Source: Bacteriovoracia bacterium (GTDB taxonomy: Bacteria; Bdellovibrionota; UBA1018; JBFWNL01). Taken from it: a stretch of DNA of 64,000 nucleotides. The position numbers and the translations under genes were made by a program. Within the stretch, counting starts at the first letter, position 1. Each line of letters begins with the position of its first letter. The DNA lies in contig JBFWNL010000011.1 of the NCBI GenBank assembly GCA_050251055.1, positions 1-64,000 of the forward strand, read 5' to 3'. Below are positions 37,338 through 47,437 of this stretch, piece after piece. The notes beneath the pieces are model-generated. The model was not told where the DNA came from, did no database searches, and saw only the letters and a list, made by a program, of their open reading frames with translations.

Positions 37338-40190
37338 GTGCAGAAATTCAGCTACTTAAAGAGTGGTAACGCGGAATATATCGACGAGCTCCTAGAGAAG
37401 TACCTGGAAAACCCCGAATCGGTCGACGCATCGTGGCGATACTTTTTTGACGGCCTAGAGCTCGGCGTCGAAACCGCGCAGCAAAATGGCCACACAAATG
37501 GGCACGCAAACGGCCACGCCAATGGTTACGCCAACGGAAACGGGACCGTCGCGACCACAGCCCAAGCCGCCACTCACGGGATGGATCTTAGCGCCGAAGC
37601 GAAGGTGGCCGAGCTCATCATGGCCTATCGCAACTTGGGCAAGCTCACGGCGAACCTCAATCCCATCAATCCCCCGCTGACCTCGCATCCGCTCCTTGAG
37701 CTTTCCGCCTTCGGGCTCACCGAAGGCGACCTTGGCCGCACTTTTTCCGCCGGCAAGCTATTAGGTCTCGGCAACGCGCCCCTGAAAGACATCCTCCAGC
37801 ACCTTCGTCAGACTTACAGCGACACGATGGCCGTGGAGTACATGCACATCCAGGATCCCTCCACCCGCGAATGGCTACGGGCGAAGATGGAATCCTCGCG
37901 CAACCGAGAAGCGCTGGAACCCGCCACGCGTAAGCGTATTTTGAAGCGCCTGACCGATAGTGAAACCTTCGAACGGTTCCTGCACACCCGCTACGTCGCG
38001 AAGAAACGTTTCTCCATCGAAGGCGGGGAAAGCCTGATTCCCGCGCTCGATCGCATGATCGAAGTCGCCGCGGAACTCGGCGCCACCAATCTCGTGATGG
38101 GGATGGCCCACCGCGGACGCCTCAACGTCCTCACCCATACCTTCTGTAAGAGCGCTGAATCTATCCTCATCGAGTTCGAGGAAGCGTTCGAAGACCTGGG
38201 CTCCATCGGCGATGTGAAGTATCACATGGGCTTTTCGGCCGATATCACCACGGCCGGCGGAAAAGCCGTGCACCTGTCCCTCGCCAATAACCCCAGCCAC
38301 CTGGAATTCGTCGACCCGATCGTCGTGGGCATGGCTTGCGCGAAGCAGGCGATCTTCAACGACGTCGAACACAACCAAGTGATTCCCGTGTTGATCCATG
38401 GCGAAGCCGCGTTCTCCGGCCAGGGCGTCGTGTACGAAACGCTAAACCTGGCGCAGTTGAAGGGCTACGCAAGCGGCGGCACCGTGCACATCGTGGTCGA
38501 CAATCAAGTCGGCTTCACGGCCGTCGCGGAAGAAACCCGCTCGACTCCGTTCGCCACCGATCTCGCGAAAATGATGGACGTGCCGATCTTTCACGTGAAC
38601 GGCGACGATCCGGAAGCCTTCTGGTACATCTCGCGGCTGGCCATCGAATTTCGCCAAAAGTTCAAGCGCGACGTCTTCATCAACCTGCTGTGCTACCGCA
38701 AGTACGGGCATAACGAGGGCGACGAACCCGCCTTCACGCAGCCGGTCTTCTACGCCAAGGTGAAAACTCATCCCTCCACGCGTGAGCTTTACGCGCAGAA
38801 GCTCGCCGAAGCCGGCGTCACCACCGAGGCCGAAGCCAAAGCCATGGTCGACGAGGTCATCGCCTCCCTCACCCAGGCCCAGCAGAACGCCCGCGCGGCC
38901 AAGCACAAGCCCAACGTAATGTCTTACGGTGGCAAATGGGAAAAGCTACGGCCCGGAACCGACGCGGACATGTTCAAACCCGTGAACACGGCCGTAGCGC
39001 CGATCGTGCTCAAGGAGATTTCCGAAAAAATCAACGTCTTCCCAAAAACCTTCAACCTGCACTCCAAACTCGGCCGCTTCTTTGAAGCTCGCCACAAGGC
39101 CGTTTCCGAAGGCAAGGGCATTGACTGGGGCTGCGCCGAGGCGCTCGCGTACGCGACGCTCGTAAACGAGGGGCACCCCGTCCGCCTTTCCGGCCAGGAC
39201 GTCCAGCGCGGAACCTTCACCCATCGCCATTCCGTTCTGCATGACTCCGTCACCGGCGAACTCTACGCGCCACTGAATCGCATCAGCGAGACTCAGGCCC
39301 GCTACCGCGCGTTCAACAGCCATCTTTCCGAAACCGGCGTGCTGGGATTCGAATACGGTTGGTCGCTTGCCGATCCGAACGCGCTCGTCATCTGGGAAGC
39401 GCAGTTCGGGGACTTCGCCAACGGCGCCCAGGTAATCATCGATCAGTTCATCGCATCTTCCGAAACGAAGTGGCGACGCGCGAGCGGCCTCGTGCTCTTA
39501 CTCCCGCACGGTTACGAAGGGCAAGGCCCCGAGCACTCCAGTGCGAGGCTGGAGCGCTTCTTACAGCTTTGCGGCCAGAATAACCTCTCGGTCTGCAATT
39601 TCACGACGCCGGCGCAGCTCTTCCATGCGCTTCGCCGCCAAATGAAACGGGACTTCCGCAAGCCCATGGTGGTCATGACGCCCAAGAGCTTGCTGCGCCA
39701 TCCGCTGGCGATTTCAAATCTCAGCGAGTTTTCCGGCGGCGGTTTCCACGAGGTGATCGACGATCTCGACTTGGCCTTTCCGGGCAAGTCAGAGGAAGTC
39801 AAACGCGTGCTCTTCTGCTCCGGCAAAGTTTACTATGACCTGTGGCAGGAACGGCAGAAGAAGGAACTGCATCAAACCGCGATCGTGCGCGTGGAGCAGC
39901 TTTACCCCTTCCCGGCCGACGCCATCTTGGGGGTACTGGGCCGCTATCCCAACGCCAAGGAAATCGTTTGGGTCCAGGAAGAACCCCGCAACATGGGGGC
40001 CTGGACCTTTTTCCACGGCCATTGGTCGGGCGCATTCACGGGGACGGATGGCGGCTTCGCCGAAAAGGTTCGGAAAATGCCGGCGTTGCGCTATGTGGGT
40101 CGCGAAGTGGCCGCCGCCCCCGCGGTTGGCTCGCACCACCTCCACGAAGAGCAGCAACACGCGCTTGTAGCCAAGGCCTTTGGCCCATAG
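37338..40190 (+). CDS. sucA: 2-oxoglutarate dehydrogenase E1
   Basis: KRFSIEGGE, GMAHRGRLN, GDVKYH, NPSHLE, WEAQFGDFANGAQ, GQGPEHSSAR. Confidence 0.98.
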   Translation: MQKFSYLKSGNAEYIDELLEKYLENPESVDASWRYFFDGLELGVETAQQNGHTNGHANGHANGYANGNGTVATTAQAATHGMDLSAEAKVAELIMAYRNLGKLTANLNPINPPLTSHPLLELSAFGLTEGDLGRTFSAGKLLGLGNAPLKDILQHLRQTYSDTMAVEYMHIQDPSTREWLRAKMESSRNREALEPATRKRILKRLTDSETFERFLHTRYVAKKRFSIEGGESLIPALDRMIEVAAELGATNLVMGMAHRGRLNVLTHTFCKSAESILIEFEEAFEDLGSIGDVKYHMGFSADITTAGGKAVHLSLANNPSHLEFVDPIVVGMACAKQAIFNDVEHNQVIPVLIHGEAAFSGQGVVYETLNLAQLKGYASGGTVHIVVDNQVGFTAVAEETRSTPFATDLAKMMDVPIFHVNGDDPEAFWYISRLAIEFRQKFKRDVFINLLCYRKYGHNEGDEPAFTQPVFYAKVKTHPSTRELYAQKLAEAGVTTEAEAKAMVDEVIASLTQAQQNARAAKHKPNVMSYGGKWEKLRPGTDADMFKPVNTAVAPIVLKEISEKINVFPKTFNLHSKLGRFFEARHKAVSEGKGIDWGCAEALAYATLVNEGHPVRLSGQDVQRGTFTHRHSVLHDSVTGELYAPLNRISETQARYRAFNSHLSETGVLGFEYGWSLADPNALVIWEAQFGDFANGAQVIIDQFIASSETKWRRASGLVLLLPHGYEGQGPEHSSARLERFLQLCGQNNLSVCNFTTPAQLFHALRRQMKRDFRKPMVVMTPKSLLRHPLAISNLSEFSGGGFHEVIDDLDLAFPGKSEEVKRVLFCSGKVYYDLWQERQKKELHQTAIVRVEQLYPFPADAILGVLGRYPNAKEIVWVQEEPRNMGAWTFFHGHWSGAFTGTDGGFAEKVRKMPALRYVGREVAAAPAVGSHHLHEEQQHALVAKAFGP

Positions 40191-40268
40191 TTTTGCCGGT
40201 AATTCCGGATAATTATTGAAAAAAAACGTGAACTCCGGTTGAATGGGACTCAATCGCGAGGATCACAT

Positions 40269-41522
40269 ATGAAGCATGGCGTCAAAGCTCCAAACGTGGG
40301 CGAATCCATTACTGAAGTGAGCATCTTGAAGTGGGCCAAGAACGATGGCGAAGCCGTCAATGTTGGAGACGTTCTACTAGAAATCGAGTCAGATAAAGCC
40401 ACGGTGGAAGTCGTCGCGGAAACCAAGGGCGCACTGAAGATCCTCAAGGCCGCCGGTGAGCGCGTGCCGATCGGTGCCACCATTGGCGAGATCGACGACT
40501 CCGCGACGGGAACCGCGTCGGCCGGAGCTACCGCCAAACCCGCGGCAGCTCCCCGCACGCCACCGCCTTCCCCTCCGCCTTCGGCTTCGTCTCCCAGCCG
40601 CGCACCGGCTCCTAGCGCAGCCGCGGCGAGCGTCGCCCCCACTACCTCGGGTAGCGCGCGCATCAGCAAGAACGACTTCCTGAGTTACGTGGCTTCGGGC
40701 GGGGCTGGGGCTACCGCGCACGCAACGCCAGCGGCTCGTCCCGCGACCGCTTCCGTACCCGCGAGCGCACCCACCACGGGCACGGGCGCGACCAAGATGC
40801 AAGACCGTCCCGGCGACCGGCGCGTCCCCATGACCCGCATCCGCGCGAAGATCGCCGAACGCCTCGTGCAGGCCCAGCATACGGCCGCCATTCTCACCAC
40901 CTTCAACGAAGTCGACATGAGCGCGGTGATGAAGGTGCGCTCGGAATTTAAGGAAAAATTCCAAGCCAAGCATGGAGTGCCGCTCACCTTCATGTCTTTC
41001 TTCACGCGTGCCTCGGTCGAGGCGCTCAAGCAATTCCCGGCCGTGAATGCGTACATCGACGGCCAAGACACGATTTTCCACGATTATTACGACATCGGCA
41101 TCGCCGTCGGCACGGAACGCGGCCTCGTCGTGCCCGTCATTCGCAACGCGGAAAGCATGGGCTTCGTGGAGATCGAGAAAGCCATGGGCGATCTTGCCGC
41201 GCGGGCGCGTAACGGCAAGCTCTCGATCGCCGACATGGCGGGAGGCACCTTTACGATCTCCAATGGGGGCACTTACGGTTCGCTGCTCTCGACGCCTATT
41301 CTGAACCCCCCGCAAAGCGGCATCTTAGGTATGCACAAAATTGAAGAGCGCCCGGTCGCGATCGCAGGCAAGGTGGAAATCCGCCCCATGATGTACCTCG
41401 CGCTTTCCTACGATCACCGCATCATCGACGGCAAGGAGGCGGTCAGCTTCCTCGTCGCGCTCAAAGGCTTCCTGGAAAAGCCGGAAACCCTCGGATTGGA
41501 ACAGCTGAATGGCCTCAAATGA
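40269..41522 (+). CDS. sucB: Dihydrolipoyllysine succinyltransferase E2
   Basis: Lipoyl ESDKA; TTFNEVDM; [10 protein letters not shown]; GAGGA SD before ATG 40269. Confidence 0.96.
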   Translation: MKHGVKAPNVGESITEVSILKWAKNDGEAVNVGDVLLEIESDKATVEVVAETKGALKILKAAGERVPIGATIGEIDDSATGTASAGATAKPAAAPRTPPPSPPPSASSPSRAPAPSAAAASVAPTTSGSARISKNDFLSYVASGGAGATAHATPAARPATASVPASAPTTGTGATKMQDRPGDRRVPMTRIRAKIAERLVQAQHTAAILTTFNEVDMSAVMKVRSEFKEKFQAKHGVPLTFMSFFTRASVEALKQFPAVNAYIDGQDTIFHDYYDIGIAVGTERGLVVPVIRNAESMGFVEIEKAMGDLAARARNGKLSIADMAGGTFTISNGGTYGSLLSTPILNPPQSGILGMHKIEERPVAIAGKVEIRPMMYLALSYDHRIIDGKEAVSFLVALKGFLEKPETLGLEQLNGLK

Positions 41523-42933
41523 TCACTTTGATTTAGTTGTTATCGGCAGCGGCCCCGGCGGTTACGTCGCCGCCATTCGGGCGGCCCAGCTCGGCATGAA
41601 AACCGCTTGCATCGAGAAGGAGAAGACCCTCGGCGGAACGTGCCTGAACGTAGGCTGCATCCCCTCGAAGGCTCTGCTCGACTCGAGCGAGCACTACCTG
41701 CACGCCTCCAAAGGTAAGCTCACGAAGCACGGCGTGATGGTCGAGAACGTGAAACTCGACCTGCCCCAAATGCTCAAACGCAAAGACGACGTCGTCCGCC
41801 AGCTCACGAATGGCGTGCAATACCTCTTCAAGAAGAACAAAATCGAGTGGATCAAGGGCTCGGGCAAGCTCATCAACATTCAAACCCCGACCAAGCTCAT
41901 CGAGGTGGATAACCAAGGCGTGAAGACCACCCTCACCGCCGACAAGATCATTCTCGCCACCGGCAGTGCCCCGGCGGCGCTTCCCTTTTTGCCGTTTGAC
42001 GAAAAACGCGTGGTGAGTTCCACCGGCGCGCTGGCGCTGCCCACGGTACCCAAGCACCTGGTCGTAATCGGCGGCGGCGTGATCGGGCTCGAGCTGGGTT
42101 CGGTTTGGAAACGCTTGGGCGCCAAGGTGACCGTGATTGAATTCCAAGATCGCATCCTACCCGGCATGGACACGCAAAGCGTACAGGAGTTGCACAAAAT
42201 CCTGGTGAAGCAAGGCATGGAGTTCCTGCTCTCGACCAAATGCCTGGGCGCTCAGGCGTCCGGCGAATGGATGGTGGTGGATATCGAGGAACGCGCCACT
42301 GGAGAAAAAGGCAAGATCGAATGCGATACCATTCTGGTCGCTACCGGTAGGCGCCCCTACACTACCGGACTGGGTCTCGAAGAAGTCGGCATCGCGCTCG
42401 ATCAGGCGGGACGTATTCCTGTGAATGACCGGTTCGAAACCACGGCCAAAGGCATCTACGCGATCGGAGATGTCATCGACGGCCCGATGCTGGCGCACAA
42501 GGCCGAAGACGAGGGCATGGTCGTGGCTGAAATCATCGCGGGCCAGCATAGCCACGTCAACTACAACACGATTCCAGGCGTCGTTTACACGTGGCCCGAG
42601 TTCGCCAGCGTGGGTTTCTCGGAAGACGAGCTTAAGGCTAAATCTCACGCTTACAAGGTGGGCAGCTTTCCCTTCATGATCAACGGGCGCGCTAAGGCCA
42701 TGGATGAAACAGAAGGCTTCGTCAAAATCCTATCTGACGCGAAGTCCGGCATCGTGCTCGGAGTTCACATCGTAGGCCCTCGCGCCAGCGACATGATCGC
42801 CGAAGCGGTGGCGGTGATGGAGGCGCATGGAACGGCGGAAGAAATCGCTCGGACTTGTCACGCGCATCCTTCTCTCGCCGAAGTCATGCGCGAAGCCGCC
42901 TTAGCCGTAGACCAGCGTGCGATTCATCTCTAA
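41509..42933 (+). CDS. lpdA: Dihydrolipoyl dehydrogenase E3
   Basis: [27 protein letters not shown]. Confidence 0.98.
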   Translation: MASNDHFDLVVIGSGPGGYVAAIRAAQLGMKTACIEKEKTLGGTCLNVGCIPSKALLDSSEHYLHASKGKLTKHGVMVENVKLDLPQMLKRKDDVVRQLTNGVQYLFKKNKIEWIKGSGKLINIQTPTKLIEVDNQGVKTTLTADKIILATGSAPAALPFLPFDEKRVVSSTGALALPTVPKHLVVIGGGVIGLELGSVWKRLGAKVTVIEFQDRILPGMDTQSVQELHKILVKQGMEFLLSTKCLGAQASGEWMVVDIEERATGEKGKIECDTILVATGRRPYTTGLGLEEVGIALDQAGRIPVNDRFETTAKGIYAIGDVIDGPMLAHKAEDEGMVVAEIIAGQHSHVNYNTIPGVVYTWPEFASVGFSEDELKAKSHAYKVGSFPFMINGRAKAMDETEGFVKILSDAKSGIVLGVHIVGPRASDMIAEAVAVMEAHGTAEEIARTCHAHPSLAEVMREAALAVDQRAIHL

Positions 42934-42961
42934 AATAGGTGATCGGTAGTCGCACCTGAAT

Positions 42962-44326
42962 ATGCCCGCGAATAAAGACAAAACAGCTCAGATCTTCGAA
43001 TCTTATATTTCCACGCGAAGAATCGTAATCGCGGACACGAACGCGTCCTCGCGTGCGGGCCTGGCGCGTACGATGATCAATTTGGGCGCAAAGACTACAA
43101 ATATCGCGATCCTATCCACGTACGAGGAAGCGGTCGCCGAAATTGCACGGAACAAACCGCAGGTCGTCATCTGTGACTTCGATCTAGGCAAGTACTGCGG
43201 ACTCAATCTCTTGCAAGAGCAACGCAAACAGAACCCCGAGAGCAAGGACACGCTTTTTGTGCTGGTGACGGGAAACACCTCCCAATCCGCGGTGGCCCAA
43301 GCGGCAGAAGAGGACGTCGACACCTTCATCCTCAAGCCCTACACCCTCGAAATGCTGCGGCAGTCGATGATGAAAGCCGCGCTCGCGAAGATCAACCCGT
43401 CGACCTACCATAAGACGATCGAGGAAGGGAAAAAGCTTCTCTTTGGTGGAAAGCCGGAAGAAGCCATCGCGATCTTTGAAAAGGCCATCCCCATGGACCC
43501 CAAACCGGCCCTGGCGTGCTTCTACAAAGGGCAAGCGCTGCTCGCCAAACAGGTCGCCGACGAAGCCAAAGGGAGTTACGACAAAGGCCTGGATCACAAC
43601 AAGATCCATTACAAATGCCTGATTGGGCTTTACGAGCTCCTAATGGAGCAAAAAAAATTCACAGAAGCGTACGAAGCGGTGAAAAAAGTCTCGCGCTACT
43701 TTCCCGCCAACCCCCAGCGTCTCACCGAGGTTCTGCGGCTCGCCGTGATCAATCAGAAGTTCGAGGACATTGAGCGCTACTACCAGGTCTTCACGACGAT
43801 CGATCAGCGAAATAACGACCTTATCAAATACGTATGCGCGGCCCTCGTGGTCTGCGGAAAGTACTACTTAACGAAGAGCGCTAACTCGCGCGCGCTCGAC
43901 CTCTTCCAGAAGGCCGCCACCACCGGTACGGGGCGCACGAAGATCCTGCGGGAAATTATTTCGGTCCTCGTCGCCAAACAAATGATCAACGACTGCGAAG
44001 TTTTCTTGAAGCGCTTCCCGGCCGACACGATGAAGGGGGAAGACTTCGCCGCCTGCGAGTACATGATCGCCAACGCAAGCCTGACCGCCGACCTGCTCGT
44101 GGACCGTGGCCGGAAATACATTAAAGCCGGCGTGCACGACCCTCTCGTTTACCGCATCCTTATACAGCGCTCCCGCGAAGCGGGCCTAAGCGATTACGCG
44201 GATACCCTCATTCAAGAAGCCTCGACCCGGTGGCCCGCCCAGAAGGACGACTTCACCGCCGCCGGCCAAGCGCCCGCCGGGGGAAAAGACGAAAAGTCCA
44301 AGGCTCCGGCCCCCGCCTCCAACTAA
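42962..44326 (+). CDS. Response regulator with TPR output domain
   Basis: REC VICDFDL, VTG, LKPY; TPR-like helices follow. Confidence 0.8.
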   Translation: MPANKDKTAQIFESYISTRRIVIADTNASSRAGLARTMINLGAKTTNIAILSTYEEAVAEIARNKPQVVICDFDLGKYCGLNLLQEQRKQNPESKDTLFVLVTGNTSQSAVAQAAEEDVDTFILKPYTLEMLRQSMMKAALAKINPSTYHKTIEEGKKLLFGGKPEEAIAIFEKAIPMDPKPALACFYKGQALLAKQVADEAKGSYDKGLDHNKIHYKCLIGLYELLMEQKKFTEAYEAVKKVSRYFPANPQRLTEVLRLAVINQKFEDIERYYQVFTTIDQRNNDLIKYVCAALVVCGKYYLTKSANSRALDLFQKAATTGTGRTKILREIISVLVAKQMINDCEVFLKRFPADTMKGEDFAACEYMIANASLTADLLVDRGRKYIKAGVHDPLVYRILIQRSREAGLSDYADTLIQEASTRWPAQKDDFTAAGQAPAGGKDEKSKAPAPASN

Positions 44327-44404
44327 TTTAATTAAGCCCTCCTTCAGTATATTCCTTTAAAAACAATAAGTTATTCTGCTTGCATTCTATCTTATAAAGA
44401 TTGT

Positions 44405-44433
44405 TTGCATTTTCTTAATATGTTAAATAGAAT
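44405..44433 (+). promoter_or_regulatory. Sigma70-type promoter of the Agl-Glt cluster
   Basis: TTGCAT-N17-TAGAAT in an AT-rich spacer; second TTGCATT 25 bp upstream. Confidence 0.6.
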
Positions 44434-44457
44434 TAAGAATTAAAGGGGTATATTGAG

Positions 44458-45669
44458 ATGAGTTCCATGCAGACGCCAAATCAAAAGAAGACACTTCGCA
44501 TTGTATTAGGCTGCGTCCTTGCCATCGCGTTCCTCTTTGGCGGCGTCATGATGCTGAAGAAAAAGACGTGGCAAGCCCCGCAAGATCCGTCGAGCGAAGA
44601 GGGTATCGGGCAAGCCCCAGTGAAAGTGATTCCCGAAGGGCAAGCCCCCGTCGACACGGACCCCAGCCAGCAGGCCAACGCCCCCATGAACAACGCCCCG
44701 GAAGAGTCCGGGAACAACCCCGCTGGCTATCCCGTCGGCCAAGCCGGCCAGGCTCCGGGCACGATTGGCCAATCCGCGCAACCCGGCGCTCAACCCGGAG
44801 CGTTGCCTCCGGCTGAAAAACAAGCTTTGGGAAAATCGGGCGCGAGCCCAGAGGGAAAACCTTATCAAGTCACCGGCGTCGATGGCCGGGTACCGGCTTC
44901 AGTGGATAAAACCGCGCCCGCCAAGGGCGTCCCGCTCACTCCGAGCGCGTTACCAAAGGATGTTCTCGGTCCGATCGGTGGCCTGCTCGGTCCCGTGAAG
45001 GTTGCGTCCCCCGGCCAGCCTGGCGCCGCAGGAACCCCCGGAACCATGACCGCCGCCCCGGGCACCCCGACCAACGTCACCACCGCTCCGGCCGTCGAGA
45101 AGATCGCCGACGACTGCTACAAGATGACCTTCAAGCACCAGAAGCTCTCTTCGCACGAAAACGGCGAAGCCTGCACGATGCACCGAAATCAATTCGCCCT
45201 CCAGGGCGAGAAGATCAACCGAGCTTCGGTTTGCGTGCGCGTGAATGGCACGCCTGTGAAATTCGAATGGGCCAAGGGCAAGGGTGATCAGGTCGTGATC
45301 GCCGCCATCGCCGGCCCCAAGGCCGTGATCACCGCGCAATACTGCACGGGCCGAATCATGTGCGGCGAAGAATGCAAGGTTCCGAAGGACGCCTTCATGG
45401 AAGCCATCGGCGCCACGGACGATAACGGCTCGGAGCTGCCGGTCGTGCAATGGGACGCCCACAACCCCGACAAGAAACAGGCAAAGGAAGAAGCCACGCT
45501 CGACCAAGAGCTCGAAGGCTTCAAGAAAGAGCTGGCCGAGCACAATCCGGCCGAAGCCAAAGTATTCAGCGGTTGGACGCCGGACGCGCCCAACCCGACT
45601 TGTAAGGAAAACCAATACACCGGTGGCGGCGCCGTATCCAAAGTGGCCGCAGCCAAGGAAAAACAATAG
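44458..45669 (+). CDS. Membrane-anchored hypothetical protein, Pro/Gly/Ala linker plus Cys-rich domain
   Basis: N-terminal TM, long low-complexity linker, seven Cys in C-terminal part. Confidence 0.75.
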   Translation: MSSMQTPNQKKTLRIVLGCVLAIAFLFGGVMMLKKKTWQAPQDPSSEEGIGQAPVKVIPEGQAPVDTDPSQQANAPMNNAPEESGNNPAGYPVGQAGQAPGTIGQSAQPGAQPGALPPAEKQALGKSGASPEGKPYQVTGVDGRVPASVDKTAPAKGVPLTPSALPKDVLGPIGGLLGPVKVASPGQPGAAGTPGTMTAAPGTPTNVTTAPAVEKIADDCYKMTFKHQKLSSHENGEACTMHRNQFALQGEKINRASVCVRVNGTPVKFEWAKGKGDQVVIAAIAGPKAVITAQYCTGRIMCGEECKVPKDAFMEAIGATDDNGSELPVVQWDAHNPDKKQAKEEATLDQELEGFKKELAEHNPAEAKVFSGWTPDAPNPTCKENQYTGGGAVSKVAAAKEKQ

Positions 45670-45697
45670 CTAGCATTGAATCAATAGGAGAACGATC

Positions 45698-46426
45698 ATG
45701 GATTTCTTAGAATTCTTAAAGAACCCCCAGAACATCATGCACGTCGCACCCCTCTTGGTAGTCGGCGCCTTCGCCATCGCCATCGTGGTCGAGCGCATTC
45801 GCTCCGTTTTCTTCACCTACCCCATGCGCAATAGCGAAGGTTTTTTCGAGCGCATCACCGAGCTCACGCTCTCCGGTAAGACCGGCGACGCCGTTCAGCT
45901 CTGCGACAAGCATTTGCATACGCCGCTCGCCAAGGTGACCAAGGCCGCCCTCGTGCGCGCTCACCTGCCGGAAGGCATGATCGAGCACGGCATTGAGTAT
46001 TCGGTGGGTGAAGCCTGCCATGCGATCCAGAAGCGCACGTCGTTTCTGGCCACGATTGCCAACGTTGCCACCTTGCTCGGCTTGTTCGGCACGATCGCGG
46101 GTCTCATTCACTCGTTTAAAGCCATTGAGTTCGCCGACGCGCAAAACCGCGCCAAGCTACTCTCGGCGGGGATCGCTACCGCCATGAACGCTACCATGCT
46201 GGGCTTGGCTATCGCCATTCCCTGCATGATCGCCTACAGCTTTATCATGAACCGCTCGAACCGCCTGATCGGCGAGCTCGAGAACTCCTCCGTCCGCCTG
46301 ATGGAAATCCTCAAGCAGCGCTACTACGCGGTCACCACCGGTGATCTCGAAGAAGCCGGCTGGGACGATCACATGGGTAAGGGCAACGGCCACGCCAAGG
46401 GCAAGGCCGTCGGGAGAGCCGCATGA
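45698..46426 (+). CDS. MotA/TolQ/ExbB proton channel (AglR-like)
   Basis: LATIANVATLLGLFGTIAGLI; GIATAMNATMLGLAIAIP. Confidence 0.93.
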   Translation: MDFLEFLKNPQNIMHVAPLLVVGAFAIAIVVERIRSVFFTYPMRNSEGFFERITELTLSGKTGDAVQLCDKHLHTPLAKVTKAALVRAHLPEGMIEHGIEYSVGEACHAIQKRTSFLATIANVATLLGLFGTIAGLIHSFKAIEFADAQNRAKLLSAGIATAMNATMLGLAIAIPCMIAYSFIMNRSNRLIGELENSSVRLMEILKQRYYAVTTGDLEEAGWDDHMGKGNGHAKGKAVGRAA

Positions 46427-46899
46427 GTGCAGGTGTCCCAACCGGAGGCGGCGGTGGTCGCGGACGCGGCCACGGCAGCCAGGACTTCGAAGTCAACATC
46501 ACGCCGATTATCGACTTTTTCACGGTCTTGATCGCGTTCCTGTTGCTCTCGGCGTCTTACATCGCGATCGGTGTCTTCGACGCCGGGATCGCGGCCGGCG
46601 GCCAATCGAAGACCGCGGGCGATCCCCCACCGGTGAATATCTCGGTCGCCTTGGAACCGAACCAGGTGATCGAAGTGAAGGTCACCGGCAAGGCCACCCA
46701 GAACTTCACGCTTAAACCCGTGAATGGCGCATGGAACTACGCCGAGCTGACCGGACAGCTGCAGGCCCTCAAGACAAAGTGGCCTACCGTCACCGGCATG
46801 ACCCTAGTGGCCGATAATGGGATCGAATACAAAACCGTCATTGAAGCGTTGGGCACGGCCCGGAAGACCATCCCGAACGTACTTTTGGGAGGATTCTAG
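46423..46899 (+). CDS. ExbD/TolR family (AglQ-like)
   Basis: NITPIIDFFTVLIAFLL with channel Asp. Confidence 0.9.
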   Translation: MSAGVPTGGGGGRGRGHGSQDFEVNITPIIDFFTVLIAFLLLSASYIAIGVFDAGIAAGGQSKTAGDPPPVNISVALEPNQVIEVKVTGKATQNFTLKPVNGAWNYAELTGQLQALKTKWPTVTGMTLVADNGIEYKTVIEALGTARKTIPNVLLGGF

Positions 46900-46901
46900 C
46901 C

Positions 46902-47414
46902 ATGAGTAGTCGCCTGTTCAAAAAGAAGAAGCGCTCCCACGCGAGCGGCGACGATTTCTCGTTGAACATCACTTCGCTCGCCGACGTGATGGTCATCATC
47001 TTGGTGTTTATGCTCAAGAGTTTCAGCGCTGGCGCGATTAGCGTCACGCCTGCCCCCGGCATCGAGCTCCCCGTAGCCGACGTAAAAGGTCCCGAATACG
47101 ACGCCCTGAAGATAGAAATCTCCCAGGACGCCGTCCTGGTGGCCGACAAGCCCGCCGTGGTCCTCGCCAATTTCGTCGTGAACAAACAAGAAATCCTCAC
47201 GAACGGATCCGTTCGCTCGCTCGGCGATATCCTCCAGAAGGAACGCCAGCGGCAGATGCTGATCGCCAAGGCGAACTCCGACGTGAAGATCGATCCGAAG
47301 GTCATCATTGTCGCCGATCAACGCGCGCCTTACGCCACCATCAAGGCGGTGCTCGCTTCGGCGGCCGTGCATGGCTATACCGATTTCAAACTGGCGGTGG
47401 TGCAGCCCAACTAA
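46902..47414 (+). CDS. ExbD/TolR family (AglS-like)
   Basis: LNITSLADVMVIILVFMLKSFS; ADQRAPY; FKLAV end. Confidence 0.9.
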   Translation: MSSRLFKKKKRSHASGDDFSLNITSLADVMVIILVFMLKSFSAGAISVTPAPGIELPVADVKGPEYDALKIEISQDAVLVADKPAVVLANFVVNKQEILTNGSVRSLGDILQKERQRQMLIAKANSDVKIDPKVIIVADQRAPYATIKAVLASAAVHGYTDFKLAVVQPN

Positions 47415-47437
47415 GGTTAGCTTATGAGGGTCCGTCC

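Noticed and set aside
37486-37542. NGHTNGHANGHANGYANG repeat in SucA
   Set aside because: Low-complexity N-terminal linker with degenerate codons; not a phase-variable tract
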